The notes beneath the pieces are model-generated. The model worked only from the letters and a program-made list of their open reading frames with translations. It searched no databases and was not told where the DNA came from. Below are positions 48,586 to 63,859 of a stretch of DNA of 64,000 nt, in pieces. Every line of letters begins with the position of its first letter. Within the stretch, counting starts at the first letter, position 1. The stretch is from the human T2T-CHM13v2.0 reference genome, Homo sapiens, in NCBI RefSeq assembly GCF_009914755.1, contig NC_060929.1. One strand, 5' to 3'. A program made the position numbers and the translations under genes.

Positions 48586-49009
48586 ATGGCACACGACTGT
48601 AAATTGTATACTTAATATGTGACAAAGTTTACAACTCAATGTGAAACATTTAGGATATGATCAGATGTTCCTTTGTCCTCTTTGGAGTATACAGTTTAGT
48701 TGAGGGGAGGACATGGCTGATAGCACAGTTAAAACACTAGTGATGAATGCAGACAGTTATATCTTGTTTTGTGCAGGGCACACCAAACAGTACAGTTCTA
48801 GATTTTGCTTTAATAGTCAGGGAAAGAAAAAAAGGCACTATATGTTACAGTCTTCAGGGAAGGATAAGGGTTAGGATGTAGGAAGTAGAACAAAATTATA
48901 ACATGTTTTAACTGGAAGAGGTAAGAATCTGAAAGTTACTAGAAAATTTAGAAATTATCTAGTGCAGTCTCATGGAATTAAAAATCAGGATATCCAGGCC
49001 CTGAAAAGT

Positions 49010-49157
49010 TAGCTGGGCACAGTGGCTCCTGCCTGTAATCCCAGCACTTTGAGAGACTGAGGCAGGCAAATTGCTTGAGGTCTGGAATTCGAGACCAGCC
49101 TGGCCAACATGGGGAAACCCTTATCTCTACTAAAAATAACAACAACAACAAAAAAAG
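49010..49157 (+). mobile_element. Alu left arm
   Basis: GCTGGGCACAGTGGCTCCTGCC to an A-rich linker. Confidence 0.88.
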
Positions 49158-49786
49158 TGGAGTGACACAGCAGATTTGTGGAAGAGTCAAGATGAGTCAA
49201 GGTCTCCATGTGCCAAGCTCAGCCATGAAGAAAAAGTTTTGTTTTGGAAGAGGGAATATGTTGGAAGTAAGGAAAACAAACCAGTTTTAGGATCCCAGCT
49301 AAAAGGCCTAGACTTGAGCATTAGTATTGATGAGTAGCTGGAACATATCTGACCACTGGTTTCTTTTATCCCCAGAATTGTTTGGTGATTTCTTTTTATT
49401 CTGGGGTGGTACTTTGCATATAGAAACACAGTTGAGAAATAAATTACCAAGAGATACACTTTTCTGTGTCTCTGTTTCAAAGAGTGGTTAGACTAGATCT
49501 CTATTAAATCTTCCTACATTATAATTCTATGAATTAAATAGAGTTCTATAAGTTACAGTCCATGAGACTATAAGGCATAAATAAACTTTCAGAAATGCCT
49601 GTGTGAGAAACATAAAATACATACTTATGTAGCTAACTTGGCTTTCAACTTCCCCTTCCTGTTTATTTAAACAGTTTATTCAAAAAAGTTAATCTTTCTG
49701 GTTCTGTTGAATTCTTATTATAGTCTCTTAACTGAGTGAATTGGAAAAAAGGAAGAAAACTCTATTTCCTTCACCTACATCAGTAG

Positions 49787-50324
49787 TGTACTAGGGTTCT
49801 CCAGAGAAACAGAACCAACAGGAGACAAAAATATGTATATATAAAGAAATTGATTGTAAGGAATTGGCTCACATGATTATGGAGGCTGAGGAGTTCAAAA
49901 TCTACCATCAGCAAGCTTAGGACCCATGAGAGCCCATGATGTAAGTCTGAGGTATAAATCTGATCATGTCCCTCCAGTGTGGAAATCACCAGTGGACCTC
50001 CATTGAGTACAGAATACAGTCCACAGTTCTTTGTATTTCACAAAGGTTACTTAACTGGTTGGCTCTGAAGACGGAAGAAGTACAGTGTCCCAGCTTGAAG
50101 CAGCCAGAGGATGAATTCTTCCTCATCCAGTCAGTTTTATTCAGGCTTTCAGTGGATTGACTGAGGTCTACCCACATGGGGAGGGCAAACTGCTTTACCC
50201 AGTTTATAGATTCAAATGCTAATCTCATGCAGAAACAGGCTCGCTGATACACCCAGAGTAATGTTTAACCAGATTGCTGGGCACTCAGTATCTCAGTCAA
50301 GTTGACACAAAATTAGCCATCACA
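49787..50324 (-). mobile_element. MLT2B-like ERVL LTR carrying a 114-bp foreign insert
   Basis: AGGGTTCTCCAGAGAAACAGAACCAA start and GTCAAGTTGACACAAAATTAGCCATCACA end. Confidence 0.88.
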
Positions 50325-50699
50325 CTAAGAAAGCCTTGTTGACAGATCATCTTTTTATTCAAACTGTTTACACCAGGCACTGTGTAGTGTGAGGAAGCAA
50401 CTGAGTCTCTCACCTGAGAGAGCCCACAACCTAGAAGGGGAGACAGGGACCAATGGAGCAATACCAGGTGCAAGAGAGAAAGGAGTCCAGGGAAACTGAG
50501 AATCATTCTTAAGGATATGTAGTGGATTGGAGCCAACTAGTTAAGTAACCTTTGTGAAATACAAAGAATTGTGGTCTGTATTCTGTAGTCAATGGAGGTC
50601 TCCTGGTGATTTCCACACCGGAGGGACATGATCAGATTTATACTTAGAAAGGTCACTTTGATGCATTGTGGAGGACGACAGAAGGGGTAGATGCTGGTG

Positions 50700-50866
50700 C
50701 GTGGTCTCAGACCAGTGGAACAACCTGGAATGCATGTTAGAAATGCAGATTCTCCTTCCTCAGTGCAGACTCATTATTCAGAATCTTTGGGGGTCACACA
50801 GTAGAATCTGCATTGCAAACAGGAACTGTGATGTTTCATATACACTGTAAATGAGAACCTACTGCT
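50700..50866. mobile_element. MER5A-like element inside an L2-like fragment
   Basis: TGTTAGAAATGCAGATTCTC...TCAGAATCT...TGAGAACCTACTG. Confidence 0.7.
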
Positions 50867-51620
50867 GTGGAAGTGGGAAAACCATTTAGGTAGCTGTTAA
50901 AGTAGTCTTATCTTGGTGAGTGGTGATGAGATGAATTTGAGATATATTTTGGAGGAAGGATTAGCAGGAAATGGGGACAGGTAGGTATGGCTAAAGAGGA
51001 TTGAAAGGTGTTTACAGTTTGGGTGACATATGACATACACATGCATATATAATTTTTAAAAATAGTTGTGCTTATACCTGTAGCCTATGCTTATTTTTAT
51101 ACCTTGATTTGTCCTCATAACATATTGAACAGGCATTTTAAAATTTAAACAACATTCTGTGTGGAAAAAAATGGAAATGGGCTTTTATTTTCCCTTCTAA
51201 TGATCCCTCTTTTTTTAAAGTTAGAAAAGTTTTATCTTCCAAGATAAATGGATAGTCAACAGTTGCCTATTAACGTTGATACTAGTATTTCTTCAGAGTT
51301 GTACAGAAAATGAATTCTTTTGGAAGAAAGAAGAATTCCATTTTGAGAGTTGAAGAATGTGTTTATTTGTTGGGGTTTTGTTGGTGGGTTTGTGGTTTGG
51401 TTGGTTTTTGTTTTTATTATTTTTTTAGCTAGAGTTTTTATTAAGCCAAGAAAATACATTGATGGGGCTAGAGATTTGCCTTCTTTGCTTTCTGCTTGTC
51501 TGGTTAGAGTATTTCTCTTTTATTTCCTTCAATAATATTTTTGTTGAAAGGAATATTGGGAAATGAAATTGACAATCCCTTACCAAGGTTTGGGAAGTAA
51601 AAAGGAAGAAAGAATTTAGT

Positions 51621-51927
51621 GGCCCGGCGCGGTGGCTCATGCCTGTAATCCTAGCACTTTAGGAGGCCGAGACGGTAGAATCGCTTGAGCCCAGGAGTTG
51701 GAGACCAGCCCTGGCAACATAGTGAGACCCTGTCTCTATTAAAAAAAAAAAAAAAATTGAAAATCAGCCAGGCACATGCCTTTAGTCCCTGCTTAGCAGC
51801 TGCTTGGGAGGCTGAGGTGGGAAGATTGCTTGAGCCTGAGACATCGAGGCTGCAGTGAGCTGTGATTGCACCACTACACTCCAGCTTGGGTGACAGACCA
51901 AGGCCCTGTCTCAAAAAAAAAAAAAAA
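51621..51927 (+). mobile_element. AluJ
   Basis: Full Alu, TSD AAAGAATTTAG. Confidence 0.93.
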
Positions 51928-52966
51928 GAATTTAGCCAGCATTTTAAGAAGCCTAGAGGCACTAAAATTTGACTAGAAAATGACTCATAAATTGTTTTTA
52001 TAGCTAGAAAGTACAAAACATACCAAGTATAAAGGAAATAGTCTTATTTGAAACTATTCTGTAGTCAGTGGAGGTCCACTGGTGATTTCCACACTGGAGG
52101 GACATAATCAGATTTATACTTAGAAAGGTCACTTTGGTCCATTGTGGAGGAAGACTGGCGGGGTAGATGTTGGTGAGTGGTCTCAGACCAGTAGAACAGC
52201 CTGGGATTCTAAAAGTTAAAATTTGGCTTTTATAAGGACTTTTTTCTCCTTCACTCAATACATTGACCCACTGAACGGCTCTTCAGAATAGAATAGAGAA
52301 TACTAGAAGAAATGTTGGTTCCTGGATTCTGACATCTGTATATTATCTTAACTTGTGTAGATCCTAGTGACCTCCTTAGGAAGTCTCTCTCTCTTCAGTT
52401 TTCCCCCTCTGATCCATTCTGCCCCACTTAAAATTAAAAGCTGAGTTTCTTACAGGATCAAGTTAATGGGGCTCTATTCTGTGCTGACTCAGACACCAGC
52501 TTTCTCTCTTGTCTCCCTGGATTCTTCATCATTCTGCAAACATGCCATACACTTATGGCTTGACTAATAATATTTCTGCTCCTTGGTGTGTCAAGCCCTT
52601 ATCCTCCTTCGCAAATATCTACCTCTAAAATTGCATTCCAGGCTTATAGGAAGAATTCATTCCATCTTTCCCTGTTTCTTCATGGCACTTTGTCTTTACT
52701 GCTAATATACAATATTTAGTTGCTTATATTCAGTCTAGTGACGGTAAGAGGATTTGAGACAGTGCAAAAGAAAGCACATGCTCATTATAACAGAAAACTA
52801 TTAACATAGGATTGAAGGGATTTAAATAAGAAACCTTGATTTGGGAAACCTGTGGCATCAGGATATAAAACTTAGCTATATGCTTTCTAATTACCAGGAT
52901 AAAAAAAAGAAACATTAGGAATTACATGGGTCTTATTTTCAAGTAGAAGAAAGTAGGTTTATCAGG

Positions 52967-53357
52967 TGTTAAACTTAAGACAAATTCAATTTAACAGAGT
53001 TTGATTAAGCAAAGAATTGTTCACAAATTGGGCAGCCCCCAGAACCAGAATTGGTTCACAGTGTCTTCAGGGCTGTACCTGGTCAGATAATATTTATGAG
53101 CAGAAACGGGAAAGTGAGGTACAGAAAAGGGAAATAGGGTACTGAAACAGCTGGATTGGTTACAGCTCAGCATTTGCCTTATTTGGACACATGTTCAACA
53201 GTTGGCCACCTATGATTGGCTAAAACTCTGATTAGTACAAGAAAAGATTACAATCTCTACACTTCCAGTTAGGTTACACTTTACTGTGTACGAAGAGACC
53301 TTCAGGCTGAACTTAAAATGTGTGAGGAAGAAACTTTAGGCTAAATGTAATTTAACA
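52967..53357 (-). mobile_element. MER57-family ERV1 solo LTR
   Basis: TGTTAAA...TTTAACA termini, perfect 4-bp TSD CAGG, repeated ATTGG boxes. Confidence 0.85.
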
Positions 53358-53439
53358 CAGGAGAGGGAGACTCATAATATTTCTTCTCACTGAGTTGTCA
53401 TGCCCTGAGCCCAGAAGTGCATTTTTTATTAATATTTAT

Positions 53440-53950
53440 ATAAGTGACTATACAAGGACTGTCCGTTTTAACAATAAAGAATTAGTTGTTTCTGATACAC
53501 TAATGACTGTAGGTAAGTGACTCCAGGATTAGCTGACTGTGGCCTTAGCAACATCATCAAAGCCTGAGTTTTTTTCTACTCCATCCCCTCAGCATATTAA
53601 CCTCATCTGCAGGCTACCATTCCTCATCGATAAAAAGTAGTTCTAGGCATTACAGTTCATGACAATGCCACTGACAGATAAGTAATCTTCTTCCTTATGT
53701 CTTTTTTAAGATCAAGGCAATCCTTTTCTGGAAATCATTGCATTAGATGTCTTCTTATGTCTAATTGGCCAGAATTCCTTAAACATTCTCCTGCTGAAAG
53801 TAATCATTGACCAGGGGAATGGGATCTCCATGATTGCTTATTGAACTACTGGCACTGGGGGGCTGGGATCAGCTTTTTCTGAAACAGTGGTAGCATGGGA
53901 AAAGAGGATAACTGTACAGATTCAGGGTTCAATTAGGAAAGAGGCTGATT
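53440..53950. mobile_element. Old MLT1-type MaLR LTR fragment
   Basis: TCTTATGTCTAATTGGCCAGAA and GGGGAATGGGATCTCCATGATTG motifs. Confidence 0.5.
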
Positions 53951-53978
53951 ATATAGGTCCACTACAGAGACCAACTGA

Positions 53979-54585
<607 letters not shown>

Positions 54586-54779
54586 TGAAAGTCAGTTACA
54601 TAGCCATAAAAAAAATCATTATTAAACAATTTATTGGAGGCCAGAGGTAAAAAAATATAAGTAGGAAGCGTTTTGGTGGTTTGCCCTAACATAGAATGGG
54701 GGTTAACAAAGTGTGTGTCCCCCACAACTTCCTCAACAACATTAGCATCAACATGACGGAGGAAATGATGAGAAACCAT

Positions 54780-54920
54780 CACAGAGGAACTTGTGAGACA
54801 TGCAGATTCTCAGGCTCCATCAAACTCTACTGAATTAGACACTATGGGAGTGGGGCCCAACTGTGCTTTAACAAAGCCCTTCAAGTGGTTGAGCTGAAAA
54901 CTCAAGTTTGAGAATCGCTG
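54780..54920. mobile_element. MER5A
   Basis: ATGCAGATTCTCAGGCTCC...GGGGCCCA...CAAGTTTGAGAATCGCTG. Confidence 0.75.
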
Positions 54921-55749
54921 ATATTGGACATTAAGAAAATGACTGGAATACTTGGCCTTTGCCCCAACTATCCCTCCTGTGCACACAGATGGGCTCCAGG
55001 TAGAGTGGAACTAAGCTTTTTTTAGACAATTGCACTTATTCTGTTCAGGTGCTAGAATAAGGGCAATTTTAAAGCATCCAAATTTGATACCCTGAAGTAG
55101 AGAAAAGTTCATTTAGACAACAAAAATTTTGAGGAAAAATACTGTTTATCAGCGCTCAATGAATGTTTGTAAATTCAGCCTTTTCTCATCTGTAAAATGG
55201 CTGAATTACTTAGGGCAGAGTTTATATAGATTAAATGAAAGTATTACTACAAGTACCTTTAAACCCAGAAATGACTTAAAAGGTTTCATTTTTTCATGCT
55301 AACACCTGTTGGTTCTGTTTAGCTGGTTGAAGTTTCTTCTTGAGAAAGATTCTTATTTAGCAGGCTGGAGTGCCTGGATCTATTCGGTGATTTCTGCCTT
55401 GAGTTTAGAATGGAGGAGTGGCCACTTATATTCACGTTAGTCATTCCTATTTTAAACTGTTGTGTTTACTGTTTTATTAGTATAACTATTACTGCATGCA
55501 CAGTCTACACACTTCAGTTTATTAGAAATCTGTTAATTCTTACGTATCTTTTATGTAAAGCGTGATTGTCTATCTTTAATCTTTATCAACAAAATGAGAT
55601 TTGACTTTTAGTTGGAAATTTTCCTGCAGGACAGTTTTAGCTTTGGGCTTTTCAGTATTCTGTTATTTGTCTAGTTTTTGGTCAGTGAAAGAAGTAAAAT
55701 CTGTATATATGTAACTCCAGAGTATACTCTAATATTAATGTGATAAATC

Positions 55750-56057
55750 TTCTTTTTTTGGGGGTGGGGGAGACAGAATCTTGCTCTGTTGCCCAGTCTG
55801 GAGTGCAGTGGCACGATCTTGGCTCACTGCAACCTCCACCTCGTGGGTTCAGGCAATTTCTCCCATCTCAGCCTGCCAAGTAGCTGAGATTACAGGAGCC
55901 TGCCACCACGCCTGGCTAGTTTTTGTATTTTTTCTTTTAGTAAACAAGGGGCTTCACCATGTTGTCCAGGTTGGTCTCGAGCTTCTGACCTCAGGGGATT
56001 CACCCACCTCAGCCTCCCAAAGTGCTGGGATTACAGGTGTATGCCACCATGCCCAGT
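55750..56057 (-). mobile_element. AluS with G-rich tail
   Basis: Antisense Alu; TGATAAATCTT on both flanks. Confidence 0.93.
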
Positions 56058-57476
56058 CTTAATATGATAAATCTTTTAATTTAGGGAGGCAGAACAGAGA
56101 GCATTCACTATATGAGTAAGTTAACAGATTTTGGAATGCAGTGGAAGAATTTGATGCAGAATAAAGCATGCTTTCATGCAGATCCATAGTCATTGCAGTT
56201 AGAATTCAGGTCTGCAACAGACATAAATTGGCTAGTGTAAAGAAACCCCATATTATTATTCAGTTCTAAAATACAAACTGGGATGTAGACCTTTTTAAGA
56301 CACTTCACTTTATTAAATAGCTTTTGGGTTGATAGAGTAATGTAATTTTCTTACTTTGTGTCAGAGTCCATTGGCCAGCTACTTGTACTACACTGTATTA
56401 TATCATGGCAGACAAAAGCATTGCAGCCCCAGGTCAAGGCCATGCAGTGAGTTAGGGATTGAGTTCCTGCCGTTTTTCAGGACTTCTGATTTCTAGCCTA
56501 AGGTTCTTACTCTTTGATCCCACCAGTGGGCACTGACTGGATCAGAGGCAGTCACTCCAAACATTGCTTTTTTAATGGTAGGAAATAGAAACGAAAGACA
56601 CTTGTTTCCACTGCAAGAATGAGCCTGATCAAGTTTTCTGGTATCCGCACCTGTGTTAGTTCTGTATTAAAAGCTGTTTACACAGCTGAGTCAGGAATTG
56701 TCCTTCACCTGTACTTGCTACAAAACAAGAGAACCCAAACTTTCTTTGCCACTGTTTATTGGTTAGGAACCTATGATCATGCTGATAAATTACTGAATTC
56801 TCCTGTTACAAGTTAGGAAACAGTGGGATTGTTCCATCAGTTTGATTCACTAGACAGTGTTGATTTCTGGTCTCCCTGGAACCATTGTTGACTGAACAGG
56901 AAACTGTTTCTGTTACCTCTGCTAATAGTAAAGAGCATGGTGCAGATATTCAAAATAAAATGATTTATAACTACCCAGAAGGTACAAGTGCTATCAGGAC
57001 AAGTTCCTCATAGCACAGTCATGTCATTTGGAACACAAGGTAGATTGTTACATAATTAATATGTTTGTGATATTTAAATTATTGCATGTATAAAATTCTG
57101 TAGATGTGAAAATTATGGGGAAAAATAAGTATTTTAAGAGTTTATGTCATTTTTAAATAACATATAAAGTGTATACATGCATTACTTTGTCAGCTGATGG
57201 TTCATTGTTTCAGAAGTGGCGTATAAATAAATTACTAACTGAAATGCCCAAGTAAAATGCTCTAAAATGTTTTAGTGTGGCCCTTTTTATAGTGAGATAT
57301 CTTTTCATAATTCAAAAATTTTGTTAAATTTTAAATTATCTAGTCTTTTTCTCACATTTTGGTGTGAAAAACTAAGAACATAGAATTATTCATGTTCTTA
57401 GTGATTTTAAGGACTTATTTTTAAGTGTATTATAGACATTTTTATTTAAAACATGTTTTTTAAAAAATTATTATAG

Positions 57477-57561
57477 CTGTATGTTGATGTCTCATCTTGA
57501 GGAACCAAAAGTAACAGAAGATGAAGAACCACCCACAGAACAAGATAAGAGGAAAAAGATG
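57477..57561 (+). CDS. IPO11: Importin-11 coding exon (probably exon 29): (D)CMLMSHLEEPKVTEDEEPPTEQDKRKKM
   Basis: Acceptor ttatag| and donor ATG|gtaagt; 85 nt, phase 2-0; no stop, so the gene continues beyond the window. Confidence 0.93.
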
Positions 57562-58729
57562 GTAAGTTATAAAAGTAGCTTGTAAAAATTAAGAACCATA
57601 TATTATCATTTTCTGTAGGTTCAGAAATATCTATGGTCTATTTGTCCATCCAGCTATATGTCTATCCATCTATCCCATGTTACAGAATTAATGTAAGGTG
57701 TACCCTAAAACAGATACATTTTATTCCTAGTACAGAAAGTTGAGGTTAACTTTTCATCTGAAATAACTGTTGCTTATCTTAGTGCAGAGCAGATGATTTA
57801 GTGTTTTACTTATGGAAGGTATGTGTGACCTGCAAACCTTATTTAAGTTGAAATGTTTATTCTTCTGTTTTGAGGAGATGTACTGAAATTTCCTTGCATT
57901 CCCTATTATTTTATAGATCTTCACATGAACTTTTGCTGATCTGCATCACAGGCTTTTATAAAAATGCCCTTAAGTTAACCACTAACTTGTTGTAAAAACC
58001 ACTAATTCTCACCAGAGGAATCTGATAAGGGGAAAAGAACAAAAAAAAAGGAAATATCTAAAATATCTTGCCTTTTAATATTATATATAATCGTGAATGT
58101 TTAAATATTTATTTTTACCATAAATAGAAAATAGGTACATAAGAAACTATTTTTTCCCTTTTCTTTTGGAATCTTTTCTTGTCTTCTGGCCTCATCATTT
58201 AACTAACTTTATTATACCTTCTTTCCTCATTTGCAAAATGAAAACAATTGTATCTACCTCATAGATAGAATAAATAATTAAAATGGTTATGGATACCTAG
58301 TAATTACTCTGTAAGAGTTAGCTGTCATTTTAATCTGATCATTGTATTTACACCTCGCATTACAGCACGTTAGCTCTCAAGGGCCTAATCCTTAGCTTAT
58401 AGCTAACATTGCACTGCTCTGAGAGCCTTCTTTTAAACTGTTTGAATTTAACTCATTTTACTTTGCTTTTATGCTAGGTATCATCTCCCTAGCACATAGT
58501 GTAGAGGAAAGGACAACATCCAAAGATTCTTAAGACCTGAATTCTAGTCCTTTTTTACTATTACTTGTGACCTTGAGCAAGTCACCTTGTCTTTGTAGAT
58601 CCGTTTGCCTCATCTGTGAAAAGCGGCAGAAATTGGATTAGCATATTTCCAGGGTCTTCGAACTGAAAAATTACTGTTAAAACTCTTAATATCATTACTT
58701 TTCTTCCCCCAAAACAATGTTTGTACATA

Positions 58730-59525
58730 TAATAAGTCCTCATTTAACATCATTGATAGTTTCTTGGAAACTGTAACTTGAAGCAGAAAAACATATAATG
58801 AACCTAGTTGTACCATGGGCTAATTGATCTAAACAAGAAGCTCCTACAGCATATTTCTGGTCACAAAAACATCACCGAACTTCTTAATAAAGATCCAAAA
58901 CACTTCTAATATTTAACATTGAAGTAAGTGTGAGCTATATATACGTTTAAGAAAGATTAATGAAAACAAGTTAAATTATTTTCCCTTGTTTTTGGTGAAT
59001 CAGTGAGTGATGATGGTCGTGATGGTGGGTTAAATCAAGGAATAAATGTTTGCAAAGTGAAAATTGTAAGGAGCACCTCCTACTGCCATGCACTTCAAAA
59101 ACGAACAAATCTGGCGAGCTCGCTGAAAGCTTTCATAGAGCAGCATTTATATGCATTTGTATGACAATAATTTGTATTCATTCATTCTTTCATTTTTGCA
59201 ACCCACTTATTCTGCTTTACGGTAGTGGGTGGCTGGAGCCTGTCCTAGCAGCTAAGGGTGCAAGACGGGAACCAGTCCTGGACAGGACACCATTTCCTGA
59301 CAGGGTGCACTTGCACACACTTACACTCAGATGGGAACAATTTAAACACGCCAGTTCACCTAGTGTGCACAGCTTTGGGATGTGGGAGGAAACTGGAGTA
59401 CCCAGAGAAAAGTCACGCAGACATGGAGAGAACATGCAAACTCCACACAGACAGTGGACCCAGCCCAAATCCATTTGTTTTCCTTTTCAAAGTTACAATG
59501 AAATGATGATAGCAAGGACCTGCTG
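58730..59525 (-). mobile_element. MER6 (TcMar-Tigger), near full length
   Basis: Reverse strand begins CAGCAGGTCCT and contains TGTCTGTGTGGAGTTTGCATGTTCTCTCCATGTCTGCGTG..GGGTACTCCAGTTTCCTCCCACATCCCAAAG; the other end reads TAAGTCCTCATTTAAC. Confidence 0.88.
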
Positions 59526-59527
59526 CG

Positions 59528-60281
<754 letters not shown>

Positions 60282-61423
60282 TAAGTATAGCCTAACATTT
60301 GTCTTTCTACTGCTCACACCCCCACTTTATCATTCTAATTATATGTAGTATTGGTTTATAAAACAACCATTATTTTTTTAAGTGGCCGATTTTAAGTTAC
60401 TTACTACAGTAGATATTTAATATAGATTTATATTATCATCTCTAGTAAGATTTCCAGTACCTTGGTCTTGCTCTTGGATACCCACTGCTCTTAGATATGC
60501 TGAGGATACCACAGCAGTTTTTGACTGAAGCTGGGATTGTGTATTGTATAACATTTAATAAATCCAATTATGAATACATGCTAATTTTCCAACAACTTTA
60601 AACAAAGAAAATTTGTTTCACTTATCTCTTAGAATTATAAGTTAATGTATTTTTTCAGTAATTACGTCAATCTTGAACTGTATTGTCTATAACGTTAGAC
60701 ATTTTTTGAGAACTATCCAGCAATATCTTGGTTGTTTCTTCAAAGGGGGAGAGTAAACATTTGCTGGCAAATGGTTATGAATTATTCTTTACAAAAAAAT
60801 TAGCAAAGGCTTTTCTCATTTTAAAATGAAATTATTTGCTAGGAAGAAAAATATAGCTGCTTAGTTCCAAGGTCACATAAATGAAAATTTGATTCGCTTA
60901 CTGTCATTGTTGTCTTAAAGTAGTCCATAAAATGTGGTGTCTGTGTTTCAGCAGCTGCTTTGGTAGAGAATAGCAGTAGTGATTGTAGTTCAGAAAGGCA
61001 GATGATTAATATTATATCAAATGTGCCAAATAATTTTCCATACGTTTCTGAGAATTCTCTATATTTTATTTCAAATAAGGATGAAATTTACACTCAGGAA
61101 AGCTATTAAGCTGTCCAGCCTTTTGATCTCCCTTTTCATTCAGCCTCTCTCTCTACCTTTCATTTCGGTGAAATAATACTTAGAATAGCACATGCAGCTC
61201 AAGCATTTCATTTAATATATGTTTCCTTTCTGTCCAGTATATTCTAATTAGTAGAATAATAATTTTATGACCTTTACTATAAAGACTTCAGCTAATTTAT
61301 TAACATCTTTAGTTTTTTGTAATTTTTTGAAATCTGACTCATAGTCACTTGTAAGTTGTAATTTCCAAATTCTAGTTTTGAGCATTTTAATGCTTTCTCA
61401 CAACTCTATGATACCAGCTAACA

Positions 61424-61427
<4 letters not shown>

Positions 61428-61454
<27 letters not shown>

Positions 61455-61742
61455 TTATTTACTTTTTTGGGATAGTCTTGCTCTGTTGTCCAGGTTGGAG
61501 TGCAATGGGTGCAAACATGGTTTACTCAGCCTCAACTTCCTGGGCTCAAAGAACCTTCCTGTCTCAGCTTCCTGTGTAGCTGAGACCGCATGTGCATGCC
61601 ACTACGCTAATTTTTACATGTTTTGTAGAGACAGGGTCCCACTTTGTTGCTTAGGCTGGTCTCGAACTCTTAGGCTCAAGAGATCCTCCCTTGTCAGCCT
61701 TCCAAAGTGCCGGCATTACAGGTGTGAGCCACTCCACCCTCC
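61428..61742 (-). mobile_element. AluJ with (TTA)n tail
   Basis: Diverged antisense Alu. Confidence 0.88.
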
Positions 61743-61892
61743 CTATTTTTTCATATTATTACTTGGTTTTTTTTAAATGGGCAAATGAAAACTGTATGTA
61801 TCTGTGGTGTACAACATGGTGTTTTAAAATATGTGTATATTGCAGAATGGCTGAATCAAGCTAATGAGCAAATCTGTTACCAGTTGAGCTCA

Positions 61893-62228
<336 letters not shown>

Positions 62229-62266
62229 TTATGTCTCATTACAAACCACTGAAGTTAAAATGTGTG

Positions 62267-62435
62267 CGGCCGGGTACGGTGGCTCACGCCTGTAATCCCA
62301 GCACTTCGGGAGGCCGAGATAGGCAGATCACGAAGTCAGGAGATCGAGACCACCCTGGCTAACACAGTGAAACCCCATCTCTACTAAAAATACAAAAAAA
62401 TTAGCCGGGCGTGGTGGCATGCGCCTGTAGTCCCA
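62267..62435 (+). mobile_element. Young Alu truncated at its 3' side
   Basis: GGCCGGGTACGGTGGCTCACGCC start; stops at GTAGTCCCA with no tail. Confidence 0.9.
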
Positions 62436-63481
62436 TCTGCTGCATTATCATTTGAATGTGTTTTAAATTGAAACATATATATGGCAAACATAATCTGCAG
62501 CTTTACTTAGCTTTTTAATGCAATCAAGTATGTGTAGACTGCAGCTCTGGCAAGCTTGGCATCATAGTCTTTTGCCTAGGCTCCAGCATATGTAAGTAAA
62601 CTATACGTTAGGTTGAGTTGCATTTTATTTGATGAATTTATAAGTACATCCTAAGTTTCATGCCAAATATAACAAATCCTGAGCATGGCTTTTGTACTGT
62701 CTTAGAGTGATTATTGTTTCTGTACTGCTCTTGCCAAATACTGTACTGGCTCAAGGATGGAGAACAGTGCTGCACTGTGAGGATGGAATTGTCCTGCAAT
62801 CAGAGCCTACACATAGCTAACATTTTTCTCTTAGAGCACAGAGATATCTCCCTCATTTTCCCCTCCCTGCTTTCCCCTCCTTTACTCATCAACTCTGAAA
62901 ACTTTCATTTTGTCTAACTTTTGGATCTAGAAGCTTTCTTTAGACTTGTACTTGTTAGAATTTAGAATACATCATCAAAAGGAAAGTGACACTGTTATGA
63001 GTTGAAACTATTTCATAAGGTTTTCTGGAAATCTTTATTCCAAATATAATGTCAACAGGGCACCCTGTGGTAGTGGCTTGGGGTGGGAGTTTTTAAACTC
63101 TCTCTGGATGATTTTGACCACTGAGAACCAGTAGATTGATTCTTTTGCCTGCTCCCATTTGCTTCTAGAAAACCTCAGCAGAACTACTATAAAGATAGAA
63201 TTGTATTGGTACTGATAAGGTACTGTGTTGTTCTTAATTAAATATCAGTAATTTTTAATGTATGCATAAAATACATTTTCCTTTTGCAAATAATATGAGA
63301 ATAATTCATCATCATATTGGTGGCTTCAGAACTGCCCTTTGAGAATCCTTACCTTATAGCATTCAGTAATCAAGATAAATTATAGCATTGTTGAAAATAC
63401 TTTTTAGTATTCAGCTTACATGCAGTCCACCCAGGTTATGAGTTGAGAGACCTTTTTTCTTTTCTCAACTTGCGCAGTTAA

Positions 63482-63859
<378 letters not shown>

